In this document: one piece after another, positions 56,700-64,000 of the stretch
Numbering within the stretch: the first letter of the stretch is position 1
Layout of the letters: every line of letters starts with the position of its first letter
DNA from: Promethearchaeota archaeon
Lineage (GTDB): Archaea; Asgardarchaeota; Lokiarchaeia; Sigyniarchaeales; SOKP01
Reading direction: 5' to 3'
Assembly (NCBI GenBank): GCA_048937405.1
Contig: JBHLNF010000001.1
Location: 128,001 to 192,000, forward strand
Length of the DNA stretch: 64,000 bases
The notes under the pieces: generated by a model
What the model was told of the DNA's origin: nothing
Database searches by the model: none
The model's input: the letters and a program-made list of their open reading frames with translations, nothing else
Program-made: the position numbers and the translations under genes

Positions 56700-57527
56700 A
56701 TGATTATTAATAAAATATTAGGAATAGATAAAGATAAAATAATTAAATTACAAAGTGTCTACAATCAATCTGTAATAAATAATGAATGTCAATATTTTCT
56801 AACTTCAGGAGCTAAAAATTTTGATGAAACTATAGGAGGAGGTTTCTGCAAGCGCAAAAAATATTTGATATTCGGAGCAAATAAAAGTGGTAAAACTCAG
56901 CTATGTCATCAATTATGTGTTCAAGCCTATTTCCAATTTTCTGATTCTAAAGAAAATCCTCGATTCAAGAATGAGCAGTTTATTTTTTATTTTGATACAG
57001 AAAATACATTCCGACCTGAAAGAATTAAAGAACTTATTGCAAAGTACGATTTGGAACTTCAGAAAATACTTAAGAATATTTTAGTATCTAAAATTATGAG
57101 TAATTCCGCTTTTTTATTATCTTTAGAAGAACTTAATAATTATATAGGAAATAATTCAATCAATGTGCTAATCATAGATTCAATAAATAATCATTATAAT
57201 TCTGATTTAGCAAATAAAAAAATTACTGCCAATAAAGCAAAAGGAGTTTTTTTTAAAATCTTGACTAAAATAAACGAACTTTCACTAAGTAATAATTTTA
57301 TTATAATAGCAACAGCACAGATTAGCTTAAATTTAAATACGAACTCTCTTATAAAAGTCTTACCTATAGGTAATAATATTTTAAACCACTTTTTTTCAGA
57401 ATATGTTTATCTGGATTATAAGGAAAAGGATAAAAGATATGTTCAATTAGTAAATTCATTGACATACCCTGAAAAGAAGTTATTATTCACAATATCCCCT
57501 CTAGGAATTCAAGATTATAAAATTTAA
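56700..57527 (+). CDS. RadA/Rad51 paralog lacking most of the N-terminal domain
   Basis: FDETIGGG, GANKSGKTQLCHQLCV, FDTENTFRPERI, LIIDS. Confidence 0.85.
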   Translation: MIINKILGIDKDKIIKLQSVYNQSVINNECQYFLTSGAKNFDETIGGGFCKRKKYLIFGANKSGKTQLCHQLCVQAYFQFSDSKENPRFKNEQFIFYFDTENTFRPERIKELIAKYDLELQKILKNILVSKIMSNSAFLLSLEELNNYIGNNSINVLIIDSINNHYNSDLANKKITANKAKGVFFKILTKINELSLSNNFIIIATAQISLNLNTNSLIKVLPIGNNILNHFFSEYVYLDYKEKDKRYVQLVNSLTYPEKKLLFTISPLGIQDYKI

Positions 57528-57537
57528 TTTTACTATT

Positions 57538-58365
57538 TTAATAGTTTAAAAACTCTTCTATAGAAAGGTATTGAAAATCTTCTATAGGATTCTTAGAATT
57601 TACAAAATATATAGGGTTCTTTATCATTTTTTTCAACCACTTTATTAATTCTAGGGCATATCGGAGCTTTTTTTGTTTAGTGGAATTTGCTTCTTGATTT
57701 TCTTTTATTTCTATTTTAGAATATTTTCCTACAATATTACCAAAATCCATTCCTATTAGAAATAATCTATGGAATGGAGAGATTAATGATCGTAGAAAAA
57801 AAAGTATTCGATCTCCATCAGTAAAACCACCTGGGTTAATGAGATTTATCAAAGGCTCAACTTGAGTAGTCCCTATTACTCTTTCGAATTTAATAATCTC
57901 ATCTTCATAATACTTTAGTTTTTCGATGTTATCTCCGTGAGCATGTATAATATTAAAATTAGTATAGTTAAATTCTTTTTTAGTAATCCCGTCCAAATCT
58001 GTAAAAATGGCATCGATTTTTATTCCCTTTTCTCTTAATAGGATTGAAGCTCCATCCGCAGCAAGATTAATAAAATTTTCAAAGAAAATGAATCCTTTTT
58101 TTTCCCCAATTTCATTTACAGTTCTTTCTAATGATGGGCCACAACCAAAAATTAAAATTGATGGTTTTTTTTGAATTCTTAGTTTAAATAACCTTAAAAT
58201 ATTATTTAATTCCCAATTTTGGCTTTTTTGTAAAAATATATGTGATAAATAATCACGAGCTTCACAGTCTTTTTGATAGTTGAATTTGAAGTCTAATTTT
58301 ATCTGCTCATACCAGTTTTTAAATATTTTATGAAAATTTAGTTGTTCCTGTAGTTTAAAATCCAT
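57538..58365 (-). CDS. mptE: 6-hydroxymethyl-7,8-dihydropterin pyrophosphokinase (archaeal)
   Basis: GCGPSL, AADGA, TDLDG, HAHGDN, GTTQ, GGFTDGDR, GMDFG. Confidence 0.88.
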   Translation of the reverse strand: MDFKLQEQLNFHKIFKNWYEQIKLDFKFNYQKDCEARDYLSHIFLQKSQNWELNNILRLFKLRIQKKPSILIFGCGPSLERTVNEIGEKKGFIFFENFINLAADGASILLREKGIKIDAIFTDLDGITKKEFNYTNFNIIHAHGDNIEKLKYYEDEIIKFERVIGTTQVEPLINLINPGGFTDGDRILFFLRSLISPFHRLFLIGMDFGNIVGKYSKIEIKENQEANSTKQKKLRYALELIKWLKKMIKNPIYFVNSKNPIEDFQYLSIEEFLNY

Positions 58366-58500
58366 ATTGTCATACTAAAAAAAAATTCTCTAAAAAAATC
58401 AATCATAAAATTTTAAATTATTATCTTAATTAATAAAAACATACTATTTTATTCAATATTATTATAATTCATAAATTTATTAAAAAGGAGTTTGAAGAAT

Positions 58501-58893
58501 ATGGCTAAATGGTTTACGAAAACACATCAATGGTTTGATGATGCTACAAAAATGGTTGGAATTACTCCTTATGCTGCAGAACAGCTTGGAGAAATTAGTT
58601 TTGTTGATGTAGAAGGTCTTGAGGGTGCTACTCTTGAACAAGTAAAAATGGATGGAGATGAACCTTCAAGCGACCCAATTGATTGTACTGTTGAATCAAG
58701 TAAGGCTGTTGGTGATATTTATTCACCAGTGAGTGGTAATGTAATTGAAGTTAATTCCGATTTGATGGATGAACCTGAGAAAATTAATGAAGATGCCTTT
58801 ACAGCATGGTTATTTAAAATAGAACCATCAAATTGGGATGCTGAAAAGGGCAATTTATTAGATGAAGGAGCATATAATGCTTTAGTAGGTTAA
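58501..58893 (+). CDS. gcvH: glycine cleavage system H protein / lipoyl carrier
   Basis: HQW, GITPYAAEQLGEISFV, VESSKAVGDIYSPVSG (lipoyl-Lys), PEKIN, WLFKI. Confidence 0.9.
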   Translation: MAKWFTKTHQWFDDATKMVGITPYAAEQLGEISFVDVEGLEGATLEQVKMDGDEPSSDPIDCTVESSKAVGDIYSPVSGNVIEVNSDLMDEPEKINEDAFTAWLFKIEPSNWDAEKGNLLDEGAYNALVG

Positions 58894-58925
58894 AATATAA
58901 AAAAATATACATTTTATCTTAAAAA

Positions 58926-58949
58926 AATTTTATATTTTTTTTTTTTTTT
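58926..58949 (+). terminator. probable oligo-T terminator after gcvH
   Basis: Long T run (~15 T) ~40 bp after the stop codon. Confidence 0.4.
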
Positions 58950-59099
58950 GAAACTATTAAGAAATTTTAATAAAATAGCTTCTTTCTTAGCAAAAATTTT
59001 AATTTGAATATATGAAATCGTTTAAATCACTATATTTTATCTTTCATTATTCAAATTGTATACAAATAAAAGAGAATCCTCTATATTTAGGGATTAAAT

Positions 59100-59600
59100 T
59101 TAAATTTCACCAAGTTTCACATTTATCATATATTGGAGTAGTACAAATGAGATAATGATCATAAATATACCAATAATCAAAACCCAAATTGCCATTTTCT
59201 TATTATATACATATTTAGATGCTTGAAACAGAGCAATAAATCCAATAGAACAAAATAGAATTAAGATAGATGCCACAATTCCTTCAATAATAAAACTCTC
59301 ATGAAGATCTGTGTAGATAAATATAGGATCTCCCGCACTATTTGCTCCTATTGACGGAGGTTCTCTAACCATAAAATAAACTACACCTGTTTGAAGAACA
59401 AATAGGATAATTAAGATAACGATTACGCTCAAAGATCTTGAGGGTGTTGGAAGGGAAAGTCTTGAAAGTTTTAATTTAGGAAAATGAATTTTAGGTTTCC
59501 TTAATGAGTTTCCAAAAATCCAAGGTGTTTTATCTCTGATCTTTTCAAAAATAGTTTCAGAACCAATAATTTCCTCTTTTTTTAATACATCTTTTTGCAT
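59100..59600 (-). CDS. OSTC/DC2 (OST3/OST6 family)-like oligosaccharyltransferase subunit
   Basis: PKLKL..LSLPTPS, TGVVYFMVREPPSIG, FIIEGIVAS, three TM, C-terminal KL; resembles DC2 GGIIYD..VEPPSVG...YIMEGLAS. Confidence 0.75.
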   Translation of the reverse strand: MQKDVLKKEEIIGSETIFEKIRDKTPWIFGNSLRKPKIHFPKLKLSRLSLPTPSRSLSVIVILIILFVLQTGVVYFMVREPPSIGANSAGDPIFIYTDLHESFIIEGIVASILILFCSIGFIALFQASKYVYNKKMAIWVLIIGIFMIIISFVLLQYMINVKLGEI

Positions 59601-59640
59601 AAACTATGAAATAATTATTTAATTAAATTTATTAAGTTTT

Positions 59641-61167
59641 TCAAAGAGGTATAGAATTACACTTTGAGTTTAGCCTAATTTTTTTTAATAAATTAATCAA
59701 TAATTTCCAGATTTTTATAACAGATTTAATCAATAATCGCTCATCTGGTGAATGCGCGCCTATATTTGTAGGACCAATTGAAATCATTTCCATTTCAGGA
59801 AATTTTTTTTTTAAAATTCCACATTCTAAACCGGCATGAATTGCCTTAATTATAATATCTTCATTGAATAACTCTTTATATGTTTCCTTACAGTTTTTCA
59901 ACAAGGAAGATTGAAAATTTGGAGTCCATCCAGGATAGTCAGAATCCTTTACTATATTCATTTCTAAACCAGTTAAGTTTAATAACGCTCTGGTTTTTTC
60001 CCAAATAACGTTTTTAAAATATTCGCTTAAACTTCTCTGGCTTATTATGATTTCTAATTCATTTTCTCTGGTTCTTAATGAACCAAGATTGGAAGAACTG
60101 AAAACTAATTCACTAATTCGAGGATGTATCAACAAAGGACCATTAGGTAATAAGTACATTATATTTAATAAATTTTCCTGAATATTTTTATTTAGTACCT
60201 TATTATTGGTATATAGTTCTAGTTCCTCTAATGATATAGTTAGATTAGGTTCAATCTCATCAAAAATTACTTTTATTTTAGTAAATAGAGTTTTTATAGA
60301 GGATATAATCTCTGAAGATTGGTTTTTCTCAATATATAATACAGATTCTGCTTCTCTAGGTATAGCATTAGGCCTATTACCGCCATCAATTGAACAAATA
60401 TGGATTGAATATAGTCTATTTAATTTCCAGAGAAGGTGCCCTATGATCTTTAATGCATTTCCCCTTCCTAAATGAATATCTACCCCAGAATGACCTCCTT
60501 TTAATCCAGATATAAAAACTCTAATCGGCATATATTTCGTCTTTTGTTGATTTAACTCAATCATTTCTTTTTTAATTTCAATGAAATGAACCAAACCACC
60601 CGCGCACCCTATTGTTACGGCATCATCTTCTTCTGAATCAAGGTTTATTAAGAAATCTCCATCCATAAATTCATTATCAATTTTAAATGCTCCTTTAAGA
60701 CCTTGTTCTTCATCAATAGTAAATAACATATTAAATCCTAAGGAGTTAAAATTTAATTCCCCTTTATGTATTTTTTTTAATAGAGTCAAAATATAGCATA
60801 TCCCTACACCATTATCTGCTCCTAAAGTTGTTCCCTCCGCTGTAAGCCATTTATCATTCTCAATTTCTTCAATTTTTAATTTTAATGGATCTTTTGAAAA
60901 ATCATGAGATACTGATTCATTTTTTTCACAAACCATATCTAAATGACATTGTAATACAACTGTAAATTTTTGATTTGATCTAGCAGGAACTAGGATAATT
61001 AAATTTCCAACAGAATCTATTTTACTTTTAAAACCAAATCTCTCTGCTTCTTTCTTTATAAACGTTCTTATTTTCTCTTCCTGTTCAGAACACCGAGGAA
61101 TTTTAGAAACTTCTTCAAAGTATTCCCAAAATTCGGACGGTTGTCCTAAATCTTTTAAATTTAGCAA
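59641..61167 (-). CDS. pepD: aminoacyl-histidine dipeptidase (M20C)
   Basis: QCHLDMVCEK, TTLGADNG, DEEQGL, NLDSE, GGHSG.DI, HAGLECG, GAHSPDE. Confidence 0.93.
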   Translation of the reverse strand: MLNLKDLGQPSEFWEYFEEVSKIPRCSEQEEKIRTFIKKEAERFGFKSKIDSVGNLIILVPARSNQKFTVVLQCHLDMVCEKNESVSHDFSKDPLKLKIEEIENDKWLTAEGTTLGADNGVGICYILTLLKKIHKGELNFNSLGFNMLFTIDEEQGLKGAFKIDNEFMDGDFLINLDSEEDDAVTIGCAGGLVHFIEIKKEMIELNQQKTKYMPIRVFISGLKGGHSGVDIHLGRGNALKIIGHLLWKLNRLYSIHICSIDGGNRPNAIPREAESVLYIEKNQSSEIISSIKTLFTKIKVIFDEIEPNLTISLEELELYTNNKVLNKNIQENLLNIMYLLPNGPLLIHPRISELVFSSSNLGSLRTRENELEIIISQRSLSEYFKNVIWEKTRALLNLTGLEMNIVKDSDYPGWTPNFQSSLLKNCKETYKELFNEDIIIKAIHAGLECGILKKKFPEMEMISIGPTNIGAHSPDERLLIKSVIKIWKLLINLLKKIRLNSKCNSIPL

Positions 61168-61263
61168 TTTTTTCCCTTCTAATTAAAATATAAATATTGA
61201 TTCATTTATAATAATTATAGAATAACACTAAATTCTTTATAACTTTAGTCAAAGGCTAATTAA

Positions 61264-62391
61264 ATGAGTTGGAAAGATCTTTATTCAGAAGTAAAAAAAC
61301 GTAAAATTGAAGCACTAAATAAAAAAGATGTTGTACAAGCTGTTGAAAAGCATGGAAAGATTTTAGCCGTAAGTGGAAGATATGAAAAACCTAAAAAAGT
61401 AATTGAACATATGTATGCTTCATTGAAAAAAGTGATTAGAGAAAAAGAAATTATGAAAGAAGATCTAACTCAGTATGATGTATTATTAATTGGATGTCCA
61501 GGAAGTGATATCCCTTATGCTGCTCATCCAAAAGTTCGAGATTTTGTTATGAATGGTGGATGGTTGATAACAACTGATTGGGCTTTACGAAGTATTATTG
61601 AAAATATATTTCCCGGTTTTATACGTTGGAATCAAGCTAAAACCGCTGATGCTGTTGTTGCTTGTCAGATTAATGAACAGAACCACCCTTTTCTGGAAGG
61701 TGTAATCAGTGAAATTCAACAAAGTAAATGGCAAAAACAATCTGCAAAAAATACAAAAAAAAGTGAATTTCGCTGGTGGTTAGAAACCAAATCGTTTCCT
61801 ATACAAGTTTTAAATCATCAGGTTGTAAGAGTATTAATTAGTTCATGGGAAATTCAAAATAAATGGGGAGAATCTCCTGTACTTGTAGAATTTGATTATG
61901 GAAAAAAAAATGGAAGAATAATCCACATGATTAGCCATACTCATTTACAGAAAGGTGGTGTTAAAGGAAAATATGCCTCTGCTTTAATCTTAACAAATAT
62001 TTTAGACGAAAAAGTATCTCAAAAAATGGGTATAAGACAAAAATCAACTTCTGACTATGTTTCAGATTGGCAACAAACTCAACCACAACAACAATATAAT
62101 CAAACACCCTTAGAACAACAATGGATAACTCCTCCTTCCCAAACAGAATATTTAACACCAGCTACAGAGGGTAGTGGTTTAACAGAAACGTCTCAAATAA
62201 TAGAGATTGATGTGAATAGTCCCGATTTTTCATTCACTAATAAGTGTATTTATTGTAATTATGACTTTATGGAATATAAGGGAAGAATCTTTGCATGTAA
62301 TGCCTGCAAAACCTTATATCATGAACATTGTATTAATTCCCAAGTTAATGAAGGAATATGCAAAAAATGTAATAGAATTTTATTATGGTAA
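61264..62391 (+). CDS. class I glutamine-amidotransferase-like domain + Q/P-rich linker + C4HC3 RING/PHD-type finger
   Basis: YDVLLIGCPG, FVMNGGWLITTDWA; QQTQPQQQYNQ linker; CxxC-x13-CxxC-x4-H-x2-C-x9-CxxC. Confidence 0.7.
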   Translation: MSWKDLYSEVKKRKIEALNKKDVVQAVEKHGKILAVSGRYEKPKKVIEHMYASLKKVIREKEIMKEDLTQYDVLLIGCPGSDIPYAAHPKVRDFVMNGGWLITTDWALRSIIENIFPGFIRWNQAKTADAVVACQINEQNHPFLEGVISEIQQSKWQKQSAKNTKKSEFRWWLETKSFPIQVLNHQVVRVLISSWEIQNKWGESPVLVEFDYGKKNGRIIHMISHTHLQKGGVKGKYASALILTNILDEKVSQKMGIRQKSTSDYVSDWQQTQPQQQYNQTPLEQQWITPPSQTEYLTPATEGSGLTETSQIIEIDVNSPDFSFTNKCIYCNYDFMEYKGRIFACNACKTLYHEHCINSQVNEGICKKCNRILLW

Positions 62392-62509
62392 TTCCCTTAT
62401 CATTAATAATACTCTCTATATCTTTCTTTTACAAATATAATTTCTTTGAATAAATTAAAAATTGAAAATAAAAATAAAAAAAAGAGAAAATATTTTCTTG
62501 TTCTAAAAA

Positions 62510-62707
62510 CTAGTTTTCTATAATTTCAATAGCTTCTTCAGGACATTGAGTTTCGCAAGCCCTACATCCCACACAATCTTCTCTGTTTTCTTCAATAACG
62601 TTTACTTTACCACCCTCAGGCTCGCCAAAACATTCAGAAGGACATACTTCATAGCAGGTACCACAACCAGTACAAGCATCCATATCAATATTAATATCAA
62701 AGGACAT
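62510..62707 (-). CDS. 2x[4Fe-4S] ferredoxin
   Basis: CTGCGTCYEVCP and CVGCRACETQCP. Confidence 0.93.
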   Translation of the reverse strand: MSFDINIDMDACTGCGTCYEVCPSECFGEPEGGKVNVIEENREDCVGCRACETQCPEEAIEIIEN

Positions 62708-62888
62708 TGTTTTTTAACTCCTTTCAATTGATTTTTCTTATGTTCAAAATTATGATTATTTAATAATAATCCTAATTTTGATAATAATAGAAAAAATATA
62801 AATTTCGTTTTTATTAAGAAAAGTTACCAAATGATTTTTATATTTTAGATTTAGTCTAAGTCTTTTAATAAAAAATTATTATTTAACA

Positions 62889-64000
62889 TTGAACGCTAAG
62901 GAACTTTGGAATTTCAAATACAATGCCCCTATTCTTGGAATTGAATTATGTGATATCAATAACAATGGAAAGTTAGAAATTATTGCTTTTACTAAAAATG
63001 GGATGTTATTATTCATATCACTTGATGGGAAATTGTTGCATAAAGAATTAGTATCGAAAAATTCACCACTTTGGCATATGAGAATACATGATATTGATAA
63101 TGATGGAAGACATGAATTAGTATTAGGTGGAATGGATGGAATATTAAGAATTTTTAAATGCAAATCTACTTATAATTTGGAACCTTTCTGGATACATAAA
63201 TTTAATTCCTCTATTAGCGGAATTCTAATAGAAGACATAAACGATAATAACTTCAATGAATTGATTATATTTTCACTTGATAAAACTTTAAGAGTTTTAA
63301 ATTCCTTAGATGGTAAATTAATATGGGGACAGATTTTTCAAGATGGTATAGCAGATGCGATAGTTTTTAAAAATAATAAAAAACATAATCATAAAGAAAT
63401 ATTAGCATGTGGAAATGACGGAACTATCAGATGCTATGAAGGGGTCAATGGAAAATTATTATGGTTTAAAAAATATTCTGATAAAATGCGAGTTATTACT
63501 TATATGAACACCATTAAGGGACAATTAGTTTTATCTGGAGGGGATGATAAGAAGCTTCATGTTTTAAATAAATTAACTCAAAATGAAATTAAGACTTTAC
63601 AATTTAATAATTATGTTTGGAAGTGTGTATCTTATCCATTTCCAATCTTAAATAATTGTCTAGTAAGTTCTTATTCATTTGCTTATTTTAATGAATCGAT
63701 ACAAATTAAAAATATTGAATTTACTTCAAAATTAGCTTGTTTTAATGAGTCTTTTAATACAAAATGGGACTTAAATGGCTATAATATTGAATGTTTAAAG
63801 ATAAGAAAAATTTATGAGAGAATTCTTATTATTGTTGGTACTACTAAAGGAAACCTTTTGATTATTGAAGAAGAAACAGGAAAAATAATATTTTTTGGAA
63901 ATTATAGTTCTTGTATAAATATGACTCAAATATGTGAAGAACAAAGACTAATTTTTACATGCCATGATAATGGAACTATTATTGCTCATCATTTGGAAAA
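62889..64000 (+). CDS. beta-propeller protein with FG-GAP/WD40-like repeats (3' end outside window; absent from ORF track)
   Basis: Hand translation from TTG 62889 stays open to the window end: CDINNNGKLEII, HDIDNDGRHELVLGGMDGILRIF, EDINDNNFNELIIFSLDKTLRVL, ACGNDGTIRCY, SGGDDKKLHV. Confidence 0.8.
   Translation, partial: MNAKELWNFKYNAPILGIELCDINNNGKLEIIAFTKNGMLLFISLDGKLLHKELVSKNSPLWHMRIHDIDNDGRHELVLGGMDGILRIFKCKSTYNLEPFWIHKFNSSISGILIEDINDNNFNELIIFSLDKTLRVLNSLDGKLIWGQIFQDGIADAIVFKNNKKHNHKEILACGNDGTIRCYEGVNGKLLWFKKYSDKMRVITYMNTIKGQLVLSGGDDKKLHVLNKLTQNEIKTLQFNNYVWKCVSYPFPILNNCLVSSYSFAYFNESIQIKNIEFTSKLACFNESFNTKWDLNGYNIECLKIRKIYERILIIVGTTKGNLLIIEEETGKIIFFGNYSSCINMTQICEEQRLIFTCHDNGTIIAHHLE

Noticed and set aside
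1490-62731. Numerous 60-141 aa ORFs antisense or out of frame within larger genes (e.g. 2018-2281, 18020-18310, 36090-36401, 55254-55442, 56024-56449)
   Set aside because: Shadow ORFs of well-supported genes with no motifs
62879-63163. 94-aa minus-strand ORF in the track
   Set aside because: Antisense to the longer, motif-bearing plus-strand propeller ORF starting at 62889
1-64000. Selenocysteine/pyrrolysine readthrough, CRISPR arrays, rRNA
   Set aside because: Recognised proteins appear full length at their stops; no repeat-spacer periodicity or long GC-rich structural RNA was seen

Overview
AT-rich archaeal chromosomal segment (roughly 25-30% GC by eye), very probably from an Asgard archaeon of the Lokiarchaeia type. 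It carries archaeal housekeeping genes (type II Map, Trm1, CobY, archaeal CobT, MptE, LipS1/LipS2, RadA paralogs, a BHB-intron tRNA) together with several eukaryotic-signature-like proteins (roadblock/LC7, longin-like, Bet3/V4R pair, ribophorin I, OSTC/DC2, RPC34/TFE-beta, C4HC3 RING/PHD finger). Order of content: an F420 (cofD, cofE-nitroreductase fusion) plus lipoate (lipS1-ligase-lipS2) run; leuS; a ~12 kb corrinoid uptake/salvage cluster; a trafficking-like neighbourhood (20.8-28 kb); a translocon/N-glycosylation neighbourhood (29-40 kb) containing tRNA-Gln(UUG); a dpp/opp peptide ABC transporter; an RNA-modification/DNA-repair cluster; gcvH, OSTC, pepD, a RING-finger protein and a ferredoxin; and a beta-propeller ORF that runs off the window and is missing from the ORF track. 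The most striking unexplained structures are: (1) the B12 cluster is bracketed by leuS and a free-standing, intact, ~48% identical copy of the LeuRS C-terminal domain; (2) the cluster's divergent promoter holds two near-identical 22-bp palindromes, TTATAGG-N8-CCTATAA; (3) the tRNA has a 29-nt T-loop (59/60) intron with a full BHB motif and a non-canonical C33. No transposase, integrase, CRISPR array or rRNA was seen. All family calls come from motif recognition by eye, not from database searches.
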